The notes under the pieces: generated by a model
The model's input: only the letters and a program-made list of their open reading frames with translations
What the model was told of the DNA's origin: nothing
The model's database searches: none
Shown here: positions 10,244 through 19,620 of the stretch, piece after piece
Numbering within the stretch: position 1 is the first letter of the stretch
How the letters are laid out: every line of letters starts with the position of its first letter
Position numbers and translations under genes: made by a program
Assembly (NCBI RefSeq): GCF_023585745.1
Contig: NZ_CP097762.1
Coordinates: forward strand, 30,001 to 62,000
Source of the DNA: Candidatus Saccharimonadota bacterium
GTDB taxonomy: Bacteria > Pseudomonadota > Gammaproteobacteria > Enterobacterales > Enterobacteriaceae
DNA: 32,000 bases
Direction: 5' to 3'

Positions 10244-12019
10244 TTAAAACTTAGCAGTATTATATTGCACTGATAATGCTTGATTGATTAGCCATAATTC
10301 TCTGCGTTCTTGTTGTGTTAGTTTATTTACACGATCTTGCGCTATTAATGTTTCTTGTTTTTGTTTTAATATTAAATTATGTAATTTTATTAATGCTTCT
10401 ATAAATGTATTTTCAATTATATCTTCTTTAACCATGTGGTTCCAAAAAGTTAATATTTCAAGTTTTTTGAAAAAATTATTATCACGATAATGCTCTAATA
10501 GTTGAGCAGAATTTAATATAGTATATGTTTTACATGTTTCAACTAAATCTATAAATATTTTTATATCATAGTTTTCGTATGTTTGTAATATTTGTGTGTC
10601 TGGAACTAATTTAGCAAGTTTTGGGTTTTGCATCAATAATCCTATTAATATGTGTTCTACAGTGTTACTAATGTCAATATTTTTTGTGATTTTTGTATTA
10701 TAATCAGATGAAACAGGTGTTTTTTGAAGTAATTGATGCAGTTTTCTATCATCTAAGATTCCTATTTTATTTCCTAATTGTTGCAATAAGTACAATTTTA
10801 ATGTTTCTCCAGGAATTTTTTTAATCATAGGTAATATCAAATTGCTTAATTTAATTTTTCCAGATAATGTTTGCAAATTTATTTTTTGAGATAATATTTT
10901 AAATAAAAAATTTGATATATCTTGTTTGTTTTGCAAAATTTTCAAAAATTTATCTTTTCCTATTTTACGTATTAGGGTGTCTGGGTCTTCTCCATTAGGT
11001 AAAAATATAAAATATATTTCACGTTTATCAGTCAGATAAGGTAATGTCTGATTTAAAGTACGCCAAGCTGCTATTTTCCCTGCATTATCACCATCATAAC
11101 AACAGATAATACAATCGGTAATTTTATATAGCATATTAATTTGATAAGCAGTAATATTAGTACCTAAAGTAGCTGTTACATAGGGAATTTTAAATGCCAT
11201 GAGTGATATAACATCGAAATAACCTTCTACTAGAAGTATGTAAGGAATTTTTTTATGTTGCACATAATTTTTATATAAACCGTATAAATTTTGACTTTTT
11301 TTAAAAATCGCAGTATCTGCAGAATTTAAATATTTAGGTGTTGTTTTGTCTGAAATAGAACGTCCACCAAATGCTATAATATTTCCATTGATATTATGGA
11401 TAGGAAATATAATTCGATTATGAAATCTATTGTATCTTTGGTGATAATTTAGATGTTTACCCAAAAATATACCTAATTTTTTTAGTAATTCTGTTTTGTA
11501 TGAAAGAATTTTAGTGATTTTTATAGAATGTTCCCATTCTGGAGGGGCAAATCCTATGCTAAAATTATTAATAGTTTCAGAGTTTAATCCACGTTTTTTT
11601 AAATATTCGTAGACATATGAATATTTTTTTTGATTGAGGATATTAATATAATATTCGCATAGTTCATTAACTAATTGGTATAAATCATTTTGTTGTGAGT
11701 TGTTATTTTTACAAGCATTAATATTTGAATTTATTGAAATTCCATGCATGTTTGATAGGAATTGAATAGATTCAATAAAATTGAGCTTATCATGATTCAT
11801 TAAAAAATCTATTACATTTCCATGTGATCCACAACTAAAACAATAATAAAATTGTTTTTCTATACTTACGGTAAATGATGGATTTTTTTCATCATGAAAA
11901 GGACAGTGACCTACAAAATTTTTTCCCTGTTTTTTTAGATAAAATTTATGGGATATTATATCAATAATATTTGTGCGTGATATTAGTTCTTTAATTATTG
12001 TATTTGAAACACGAATAAT
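10244..12019 (-). CDS. dnaG: DNA primase. The 5' end is extended beyond the ORF-track Met to a probable ATT start.
   Basis: The ORF track starts at MNHDKL (11800). The same frame is open up to a TAA at 12034-12032. The extra 73 codons encode IIRVSNTIIKELISRTNIIDIISHKFYLKKQGKNFVGHCPFHDEKNPSFTVSIEKQFYYCFSCGSHGNVIDFL, which is the DnaG N-terminus including the CxxH...CxxC zinc ribbon. That extension has no in-frame ATG, GTG or TTG. ATT ATT (12019-12014) follows AAGGA (12029-12025) after a 5-nt spacer. The exact start codon is inferred. Confidence 0.85.
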   Translation of the reverse strand: MIRVSNTIIKELISRTNIIDIISHKFYLKKQGKNFVGHCPFHDEKNPSFTVSIEKQFYYCFSCGSHGNVIDFLMNHDKLNFIESIQFLSNMHGISINSNINACKNNNSQQNDLYQLVNELCEYYINILNQKKYSYVYEYLKKRGLNSETINNFSIGFAPPEWEHSIKITKILSYKTELLKKLGIFLGKHLNYHQRYNRFHNRIIFPIHNINGNIIAFGGRSISDKTTPKYLNSADTAIFKKSQNLYGLYKNYVQHKKIPYILLVEGYFDVISLMAFKIPYVTATLGTNITAYQINMLYKITDCIICCYDGDNAGKIAAWRTLNQTLPYLTDKREIYFIFLPNGEDPDTLIRKIGKDKFLKILQNKQDISNFLFKILSQKINLQTLSGKIKLSNLILPMIKKIPGETLKLYLLQQLGNKIGILDDRKLHQLLQKTPVSSDYNTKITKNIDISNTVEHILIGLLMQNPKLAKLVPDTQILQTYENYDIKIFIDLVETCKTYTILNSAQLLEHYRDNNFFKKLEILTFWNHMVKEDIIENTFIEALIKLHNLILKQKQETLIAQDRVNKLTQQERRELWLINQALSVQYNTAKF

Positions 12020-12162
12020 TTTGTTCCTTAATTATTTGTTTTTTTAGACAATTAAATTAATAGCTGATATTGATTATTAATATCATACTGAATACACAAC
12101 ACTCTTGTTATTAAATATTATAAGAAATAATTAATATCGTATGTTTTTCGTAAAAAGTAGTG

Positions 12163-12378
12163 TTAATATAAACGAGCGCGTTTTAGGTTTTCTCGATGCA
12201 TTTTTTTTACATGACGTTTTATTGCGGATGCTCTAGCACGTTTGCGTTCCGTAGTTGGTTTTTCATAAAACTCTCTACGACGTACTTCAGATAGAACTCC
12301 AGATTTTTCACAAGATCTTTTAAATCGGCGTAAAGCCACATCGAACGGCTCATTTTCACGTATTTTAACTATCGGCAT
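12163..12378 (-). CDS. rpsU: 30S ribosomal protein S21
   Basis: 71 aa. [44 protein letters not shown] is essentially identical to E. coli S21. Located upstream of dnaG. Confidence 0.97.
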   Translation of the reverse strand: MPIVKIRENEPFDVALRRFKRSCEKSGVLSEVRRREFYEKPTTERKRARASAIKRHVKKMHRENLKRARLY

Positions 12379-12543
12379 ATTTTCTCTCTATGCAATTTGA
12401 GACACTTTGTAGTGTATTGTAATTTTGATGTATAGTATGATAATTATATTTTATATATTATGCAATATGTAGATATTAATTTTAGCAAATAAATATAAGT
12501 ATATCTTTAATATTTGTATTTGTTATAATGTGGAGCTGTATGT

Positions 12544-13563
12544 ATGCGTATTTTAGGAATTGAAACATCATGTGATGAAACCGGGGTCGCAGTTTATGAT
12601 AAATATCAAGGATTGTTAGCTCATCAAACGTATGCGCAAAATATATTGCATGCTGATTACGGGGGTGTGATTCCAGAATTAGCTGCTCGTGATCATATAG
12701 TAAAAATAATTCCTTTAATTTTATCTGTATTAGATCAGGCTAATTCAAGTCCTAAGGATATTAATGGTATAGCGTATACTGCTGGGCCTGGTTTAGTAGG
12801 AGCGTTGTTGGTCGGAGCAACTACCGCGAAAGCATTAGCATATGCTTGGAAAGTTCCTGCTATTGATATTAATCATATGGAAGCTCATTTATTGTCTCCA
12901 ATGTTGGAGAAAACTCCCATTAATTTTCCATTTATAGCCTTATTAATTTCTGGAGGACATACTCAACTTGTATTAGCGCGCGATCTAGGAAAGTATGAAA
13001 TTTTAGGAGAATCTACAGATGATGCTGTAGGTGAGGTATTTGATAAAATAGCTGTATTATTAGGGATAAAATATCCTGGCGGAGCGTTATTATCAAAAAT
13101 GGCACAACAGGGAGTTTCTGGGCGTTATATATTTCCGCGACCTATGATTGATAGACCAGGTTTAAGCTTTAGTTTTTCTGGTCTTAAAACTTTTGTAGCG
13201 CGTACTATTTTATCTAGTTTTTATAATGCTCAAAATTATGCTGATATTGCACGTGCATTTGAGGATGCTATCGTTGATACATTAGTGATTAAATGTCGTC
13301 GCGCTCTAGATCAAACTGGTTTAAAAAGTTTAGTAATATCTGGAGGTGTTAGTGCTAATTGTGTATTAAGATCAAATCTTTTAAAGATGATGCGTATTAG
13401 AGACGGCAAGTTATTCTATCCTAGAATAGAATTTTGTACGGATAACGGAGCAATGATAGCATATGTAGGATGTATTAGATTACAGGTAGGCTTAATTAAT
13501 AGGGATTTATCTATTTTAGTACGACCAAAATGGTCTTTAGAAGAGTTACCTAAGATTAGATAA
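12544..13563 (+). CDS. tsaD: tRNA N6-adenosine threonylcarbamoyltransferase (t6A synthesis)
   Basis: 339 aa. [42 protein letters not shown] and SGGHT are Kae1/TsaD hallmarks. Divergent from rpsU, as in E. coli. Confidence 0.95.
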   Translation: MRILGIETSCDETGVAVYDKYQGLLAHQTYAQNILHADYGGVIPELAARDHIVKIIPLILSVLDQANSSPKDINGIAYTAGPGLVGALLVGATTAKALAYAWKVPAIDINHMEAHLLSPMLEKTPINFPFIALLISGGHTQLVLARDLGKYEILGESTDDAVGEVFDKIAVLLGIKYPGGALLSKMAQQGVSGRYIFPRPMIDRPGLSFSFSGLKTFVARTILSSFYNAQNYADIARAFEDAIVDTLVIKCRRALDQTGLKSLVISGGVSANCVLRSNLLKMMRIRDGKLFYPRIEFCTDNGAMIAYVGCIRLQVGLINRDLSILVRPKWSLEELPKIR

Positions 13564-13582
13564 GTATAAAAATATATAGTTA

Positions 13583-14212
13583 TTATAATGATTTCTTATC
13601 ATTATGTATTGCTTTTTTATTTTTATTTCCCCAGATATGTTTTTCTTGTTTAATCCATAGTAATTTTATATTAGGAATATGTTTTGTTACAATTAAAGTA
13701 GATATTACTATAATTGCAAATAAATATTGATATTGAAAATACCACGTGTAAAATGGTACTACTGATGCTGTAACAATTGCGCTTAGGGAAGCGTATCGAG
13801 ATATTAATATAATTGTTATCCAAAGGCTTATCATGATTAGAAAAAAATCATAATTCATTGCTGAAATAGATCCAAATGCAGTAGATACACCTTTTCCTCC
13901 TCGGAATTTTAAAAATACGGGATACATGTGTCCTAAACAAGAAAAGATAGCTGTTATTCCTAGAAATTTAGGATTCATCATTACGAGATAGTATCCTAAC
14001 CATATAGGTATGGCTCCTTTTAGTGCATCAAACATTATGACTACTATTGCGATTTTATAACCAGCAATTCTTAAGATGTTAGTGGCTCCAGGGTTATTAG
14101 ATCCAAAAAATCTTGGGTCCGGAAGACATAATATTTTACAAATTAAAACAGCACTGGATATTGATCCAAAAAAATAAGCTAATATTATTATTATAATAAA
14201 AGAAGTTTCCAT
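13583..14212 (-). CDS. plsY: Glycerol-3-phosphate acyltransferase PlsY (acyl-phosphate dependent)
   Basis: 209 aa polytopic membrane protein with the motifs YFFGSISSA, GSNNPGATN, D..KG, H..PVFL.F.GGKG..T..G. Confidence 0.9.
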   Translation of the reverse strand: METSFIIIIILAYFFGSISSAVLICKILCLPDPRFFGSNNPGATNILRIAGYKIAIVVIMFDALKGAIPIWLGYYLVMMNPKFLGITAIFSCLGHMYPVFLKFRGGKGVSTAFGSISAMNYDFFLIMISLWITIILISRYASLSAIVTASVVPFYTWYFQYQYLFAIIVISTLIVTKHIPNIKLLWIKQEKHIWGNKNKKAIHNDKKSL

Positions 14213-14311
14213 AATTATTATTATAAATGCATAACAAATTATTATATAATATATAATACTTTATTTCACTTAAAATAGATAATTTTTTATTTAACTGCGT
14301 AATATGTGTAT

Positions 14312-14668
14312 ATGGATATTCTGTTTATAGAAAAGTTAATAGTGATGGCATATATTGGTATATATGATTGGGAGAAGAAATTTTTACAAAAATTAATTTT
14401 TGATGTGCAATTAGGTTATGAGCCAAAATCAAAACATTTAGGAAATAATGATAAAACTTTTTATATTAATTATATTGATGTTAGTAATACGATACTGAAT
14501 TTAGTAAATGAGAAACAATTTTTTTTGATAGAAGATGTAGCAGATATCGTGGCAAATATTTTAATAAAGCAATTTAATATTCTTTGGACACAAATAATAG
14601 TTAGTAAGCCGCAAGGTATTACTGGGGCAACTAATGTTGGAATTTGTATTAAAAGAAATAAATGGTAG
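14312..14668 (+). CDS. folB: Dihydroneopterin aldolase
   Basis: MDILFIEKL.V...IG.YDWE....QKL.FD......SKP......NVG..I.R aligns with E. coli FolB as recalled. I prefer the ATG at 14312 over the GTG at 14306 listed in the ORF track because it matches the E. coli N-terminus (MDIVFIEQL). Confidence 0.85.
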   Translation: MDILFIEKLIVMAYIGIYDWEKKFLQKLIFDVQLGYEPKSKHLGNNDKTFYINYIDVSNTILNLVNEKQFFLIEDVADIVANILIKQFNILWTQIIVSKPQGITGATNVGICIKRNKW

Positions 14669-14801
14669 TCTACATTTAATTTTATTAAATTCAATGTATT
14701 TATTTTTTAAAATAAAAGTGGCATGTTTAAAATAAAATGTTTTGTATTAAAATAATTATTTATAATATTTTGTGTTCAATAAATTTTTATTGGGATTTTA
14801 T

Positions 14802-15641
14802 ATGTATTTATACATACATAAATTAATTATAGTGTTTATATTAGGGATAGTAGAAGGTTTAACTGAATTTTTACCTATTTCTTCGACAGGACATATGATT
14901 ATGGTTAAAAATCTTCTTAATTGCACCGATGATTCTATGATTAATTTTGTTATAGTTATACAATTTGGTGTTGTTATATCTATAGTATTGACATTTTGGA
15001 AGAAATTGTGTGCTATGCATATTATCTGTATAAACAATTTTTTTTCTAAAATACATGTTGATATACAACATTTTTGTATTCAACATATATTGTTAGGAAC
15101 GTTTCCTGGAATAATATTAGGTATAATTTTGTATGAAAGTATCAGATATATCTTTGATATAACATATATTATATATGGCTTGATATTTGGCAGTGTATTT
15201 TTGTTAATTGGAGAATTATATTATTTTAAAACACCTTCCTGTACTTTTGATATTGATAAAATGACGTATGCACAAGCATTATTAATTGGATGTTGTCAAT
15301 GCTTAGCTTTTTTACCAGGATTTTCTCGATCCGGGGCTACTATTGGAGCAGGATTATTAGTAGGTTTAAACCGACGTGTATCAACAGAATTTTCTTTTTT
15401 TATAGCAATACCTGTTATATTTGGGGCTATAGTATGCACTATATATCAGTGTAGATTATTTTTTAATAATATACAGGACATTTTATTATTAATTATTGGC
15501 AGCGGTGCAGCATTTGTTATTTCTTTTTTTACTATTAAATATTTTTTAAAAATAATTCAAAAAATTTCATTTATTCCCTTTATAATATATCGAATTTTAT
15601 TAGCGGGGTTTATTTATTTAAAGATTATGCCTAACAATTAG
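14802..15641 (+). CDS. uppP: Undecaprenyl-diphosphate phosphatase
   Basis: ILGIVEGLTEFLPISSTGHMI and PGFSRSGATI are the two signature BacA/UppP motifs, and the protein is multi-TM. The start is placed at the internal Met (14802), giving ~279 aa versus 273 aa in E. coli. The ORF-track GTG at 14772 is the alternative. Confidence 0.9.
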   Translation: MYLYIHKLIIVFILGIVEGLTEFLPISSTGHMIMVKNLLNCTDDSMINFVIVIQFGVVISIVLTFWKKLCAMHIICINNFFSKIHVDIQHFCIQHILLGTFPGIILGIILYESIRYIFDITYIIYGLIFGSVFLLIGELYYFKTPSCTFDIDKMTYAQALLIGCCQCLAFLPGFSRSGATIGAGLLVGLNRRVSTEFSFFIAIPVIFGAIVCTIYQCRLFFNNIQDILLLIIGSGAAFVISFFTIKYFLKIIQKISFIPFIIYRILLAGFIYLKIMPNN

Positions 15642-15880
15642 GCATTTAACAAGTTTTAATTTATTAAAAGTTAAAGTTACGCAAGATTAATTAGTATCTT
15701 ATTAAAGATAGATTAAATTATTTTTAATAGTCTTGATTATTGTGAATAAATTAACATTATACTATTTATAGTAATATTATGCGTAATATGTAGAATTTAA
15801 TATTTACATATTTTTGTTGTTTTATGTAACAGTATGCGATTTATATCTCTCTCTTGTAAGAGAGTAAATAAATTAAATAT

Positions 15881-17116
15881 TTATTTTTTGTGTCTCCATG
15901 TGTTCAAAGCATGTAAACGTCTTAAGTATAGCTCTTTACTTATGTTGACTCCAGTAAATCCATCGTTAATGATATTAACTGTAGAAATTTTTTGAGCTAT
16001 ACTAAAGGCGCTACGTAAAAATTTTTCTTGATCAGATAATGCATCATTTTGGAATTTTTTATATTTAGTTATATTAGATTTATTGATTAATATTATTTTT
16101 TCTATTTTGTTCGGATAGTGCCAACAGTCAAAATTATTAAATAAAATTATTAATATTTCTGAAGGCAATTGTTTAAAGTTATATAAATAATTTCGGTATT
16201 TTGAAACAGTTTCTGCAAAATTTCTAATTTTATTTGGTATTTTTAATCTATTACATAAATTTCTAATATTAGAAATTCCTGATTGTTTTTTATTTATATA
16301 GTTAGTATTTATATTGTTTTGTGTTTTGTTAAAAAAAAATTTTGTATCTAAATCTCGACATAATATAGAAAAACGTATATTAATGTCATTTGTTAAAAAT
16401 GCAATTTTAGAAAGCGCTTGCATAGTATATGCACCAATGTTCATTTCAGTATGATTTTCTGCAATAGAAAATTTATTAAATAACATATTTATTTCAGGAA
16501 ATAAAATTTTTAAGGCTCCGCAATAATATAAGATTTTAAAATATATCTGTGGGCTATTAGTAATTAACGCTTTTTTTGTTTCTGTCCAGATCCTTTCTGA
16601 GGGTATAGTAATTAGTTCTTTAGACATTGTTTTCATTAGAGCTAAAGTATCTGGTGCTATAGTAAAATGCATGTATGCTAGTTTTGCGGCGAATCTTGCT
16701 ACTCTTAATACTCGTAATGGATCTTCATTAAATGTGTGAGACACATGTCGTAATAATCTTAATTGTATATCTTGTTGTCCGTGATAAGGATCTATAATAA
16801 CGTTAGTATTTGGATCATAAGCCATAGCATTAATCGTTAAATCTCTACGATATAAATCTTCTTCTATAGTAATAGAAGAAGTAGTGTTACATATAAATCC
16901 AGTATATCCTAATCCTGATTTTCTTTCAGTGCGCGCCAATGCATATTCTTCATGAGTTTTAGGGTGTAAAAATACCGGAAAGTCTTTTCCAACTTGCGAA
17001 TAACCTGTATTTAGCATTTCTTGTGGATTAGATCCGACTATTACCCAGTCTTTTTCTTTAATTGGTAATTTTAGCAACATATCTCGTACTGCCCCACCTA
17101 CTAAATATTTTTTCAT
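15881..17116 (-). CDS. cca: tRNA nucleotidyltransferase (CCA-adding enzyme). The C-terminal HD domain appears degenerate.
   Basis: 411 aa. The N-terminal ~210 aa are highly similar to E. coli Cca (YLVGGAVRD, QVGKDFPVFLHP.THEEYALARTERKSG.GYTGF, RRDLTINA, DPLRVLRVARFAA). The C-terminal half aligns, but the HD-signature positions are substituted (see findings). Confidence 0.92.
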   Translation of the reverse strand: MKKYLVGGAVRDMLLKLPIKEKDWVIVGSNPQEMLNTGYSQVGKDFPVFLHPKTHEEYALARTERKSGLGYTGFICNTTSSITIEEDLYRRDLTINAMAYDPNTNVIIDPYHGQQDIQLRLLRHVSHTFNEDPLRVLRVARFAAKLAYMHFTIAPDTLALMKTMSKELITIPSERIWTETKKALITNSPQIYFKILYYCGALKILFPEINMLFNKFSIAENHTEMNIGAYTMQALSKIAFLTNDINIRFSILCRDLDTKFFFNKTQNNINTNYINKKQSGISNIRNLCNRLKIPNKIRNFAETVSKYRNYLYNFKQLPSEILIILFNNFDCWHYPNKIEKIILINKSNITKYKKFQNDALSDQEKFLRSAFSIAQKISTVNIINDGFTGVNISKELYLRRLHALNTWRHKK

Positions 17117-17502
17117 TATATGACCTTATATAAATAGTACGAATTTTATATGCATTCTTTAATACAATTTACTTGAGAATATTGTTATTCAACAATATAA
17201 ATTGTTTTAAAATAAATATAATAATTTTGTTATCGTAAATTATTTAAAGAATAATTTGAATAATCATTTTATTATGGATGTATAATTATTCATTTAATTG
17301 TTTTGTTTATAGCGTATATAGATTAAAATTAATAACTTATAATTTTAATTAATTTTATCATATTTATTAGATATTAATGATAAACAATATAGTTAAATTA
17401 TCGAGTATATGATTTTTGATAAGCGTATTTACTGTTGTAATATATATATTTTATATAAAATAATTAGCATTTTAATAAAAAATTTATTTTTTTGGACAAA
17501 AT

Positions 17503-18945
17503 ATGACTGTAGTTTTTCCAGATTTTTCTCAGTCTAATGTATTGATTGTAGGAGATATTATGTTAGACCGATATTGGTATGGAGTATCTAATAGGATTTC
17601 TCCAGAAGCGCCTGTACCTATTGTTAAAGTTGATAAGATTCTAGATAAACCAGGTGGAGCTGCTAATGTTGCAATGAATATTGCGTCTTTAGGTGCTCGA
17701 TCAAGATTGTTAGGATTAACTGGATCGGATGAAGCTGCAAAAATTTTGGGAAAACAGTTAAGTCAGTCAAATATAGATTGGGATTTTATTACTATTAAAG
17801 AATGTCCTACTATAATAAAATTACGTATTATTTCACATAATCAGCAACTAATTAGATTAGATTTTGAGAATAATTTTAATAAAGTTAATGCTAAAGAATT
17901 ATTTGAACGGGCAAAATTATATTTGCCTGAATGTAAAATTTTGGTATTATCTGACTACGCAAAAGGTTCGTTAAGTTGTATAGAAGATCTAATTAAATTA
18001 GCACGTTGTATTAATATACCTGTTGTAATAGATCCTAAAGGGACACAGTTTACTCGATATAGTGGAGCTACTATATTAACGCCTAATATATCAGAATTTG
18101 AAGCTGCAGCCGGATTGTGTTATACCGAAAAGGTATTAATTAGTAGAGCACAGGAAATCATAATTGATTATGATTTACATGCCATATTACTTACTCGTTC
18201 TGAGCAAGGTATGACTCTATTTATAAAGGATAGAGATCCGTTATATTTTACCACACACGCGAAAGATGTATACGATGTAACTGGCGCTGGGGATACAGTG
18301 GTTGGAGTCCTATCCGCCGCGTTAGCTTCAGGTGTTAGATTAGAACAAGCATGTTTTTTAGCTAATTTAGCTGCTGGAGCTGTAGTGAAAAAGTTTGGTA
18401 CCGCTACTACTAATGTATCAGAAATTAAAAATGTTATGAGTAAATGCATTAGCGCTAATGTAACATTGGGAATATTAGATGAAAATACATTGAAAAAAGA
18501 AATAGCCTTAGTTCGTGATAGAGGAGAAAAAATAGTAATGACTAATGGTGTATTTGATGTATTGCATTCTGGCCATATTAGTTATTTAACTAATGCCAAG
18601 AAACTTGGAGATAAATTGATTGTAGCTGTTAATAGTGATGATTCAACAAAACGTTTAAAAGGTAAAAATAGACCTATTAATACTTTAGAAAAACGTATGT
18701 TTGTGCTAGCTGCTTTATCAGCAGTAGATTGGGTGGTATCTTTTAGTGAAGATACTCCAACTAGATTAATTGTAAATTTATCTCCGGATGTTTTAGTAAA
18801 AGGCGGTGATTATAACGTTGCTGATATTAAAGGAGGCGCAGAAGTGTTACGTCAAGGAGGACAAGTGTGTGCATTAGATTTTTGTCCTGATGATTCTAGT
18901 AGCAATATAATTTCTATGATTCAAAAAAAAGATAAGGAAAAATGA
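17503..18945 (+). CDS. hldE: Bifunctional D-beta-D-heptose 7-phosphate kinase / D-beta-D-heptose 1-phosphate adenylyltransferase (LPS core heptose pathway)
   Basis: 480 aa that aligns end to end with E. coli HldE as recalled. Matching segments include VGD.MLDRYWYG...RISPEAPVP.VKV, PGGAANVAMNIASLGA, LSDYAKG, DVTGAGDTV and MTNGVFD.LH.GH.SYL.NA.KLGD.LIVAVNSD.STKRLKG..RP.N. Confidence 0.95.
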   Translation: MTVVFPDFSQSNVLIVGDIMLDRYWYGVSNRISPEAPVPIVKVDKILDKPGGAANVAMNIASLGARSRLLGLTGSDEAAKILGKQLSQSNIDWDFITIKECPTIIKLRIISHNQQLIRLDFENNFNKVNAKELFERAKLYLPECKILVLSDYAKGSLSCIEDLIKLARCINIPVVIDPKGTQFTRYSGATILTPNISEFEAAAGLCYTEKVLISRAQEIIIDYDLHAILLTRSEQGMTLFIKDRDPLYFTTHAKDVYDVTGAGDTVVGVLSAALASGVRLEQACFLANLAAGAVVKKFGTATTNVSEIKNVMSKCISANVTLGILDENTLKKEIALVRDRGEKIVMTNGVFDVLHSGHISYLTNAKKLGDKLIVAVNSDDSTKRLKGKNRPINTLEKRMFVLAALSAVDWVVSFSEDTPTRLIVNLSPDVLVKGGDYNVADIKGGAEVLRQGGQVCALDFCPDDSSSNIISMIQKKDKEK

Positions 18946-19620
18946 ATTTATTTTAATAAATATTTATCTTCTAAAAGAAGAATGTCTAATATTATATTTT
19001 TTATAATATAAAGGTTGAATTCAAATAAGTTATATAAAAGTCTATTAGTAATAAATTTTATTTTACAATAGATTTATATATTGATAGTAGCTATTTTAGC
19101 GTTATGTTGGTACCATATATATGGTATGAACTTATATATAAAGTGTCGTATGTTTCTGATTAATTTAATTGTTACTTTATAGGTTGTGTATATAATATTT
19201 ATTATGTGTATAAATTTTTATTTATGTTATATCTGATCAGATTATTTTTGTACAAATATTGATATATTGTTTTAGTTAATCTCAAGATATCTAGGAAATT
19301 TAATAAATTAGTTTTAATAATTGTAATTGTTTGAGTATATTAAAAGTTTTTTTATTAAAAATAAAATATACTATGTATTTAGTATAGTATAGATTAATAC
19401 TATAACTAGTAGTATGTTTAATATACAGTAATGAGCAATATAGGTGAAATTCATTGGTAGTATGAAATGGGTATATAATATTAGTAAGTTTTGAATAATA
19501 TATTTTGCTATAGCAGTTCATAAGATAATTATTAGTACGCGCTTATTTTTATACATATTTAATATGTAGTTAATTTTTTATATTTAGTAAAATCAAAATT
19601 TTATTGAGGATAGAATAGTC

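Noticed and set aside
8434-10490. Plus-strand ORFs inside rpoD and dnaG (8434-8691, 8887-9081, 9115-9315, 10284-10490)
   Set aside because: They are antisense to strongly conserved CDSs. They are Ser/Cys/Phe-rich nonsense typical of shadow frames.
14470-15086. Minus-strand ORFs 14470-14694, 14798-15037 and 14871-15086
   Set aside because: They are antisense to folB and uppP, and have low-complexity AT-bias composition.
15849-15864. Hairpin CTCTCTT-GT-AAGAGAG between the convergent uppP and cca as a bidirectional terminator
   Set aside because: The effective stem is only 6 bp with a minimal loop, and no U-run directly follows on either strand. It is possible but too weak to call as a feature.
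19111-19243. Perfect palindromes TACCATATATATGGTA (19111-19126) and ATCTGATCAGAT (~19231-19242) in the hldE-ribB spacer
   Set aside because: They are short, mostly (AT)n-type palindromes expected by chance at this composition. They have no partner repeats, no adjacent genes that would suggest an operator, and no second copy noticed.
19300-19521. 73-aa minus-strand ORF in the hldE-ribB spacer, considered as a possible ubiK (yqiC) homologue because ubiK is divergent from ribB in E. coli
   Set aside because: The translation (Y/I/N/K/L-rich, no coiled-coil heptads, no similarity to UbiK as recalled) looks like AT-bias noise. There is no SD. It also overlaps the candidate riboswitch relic.
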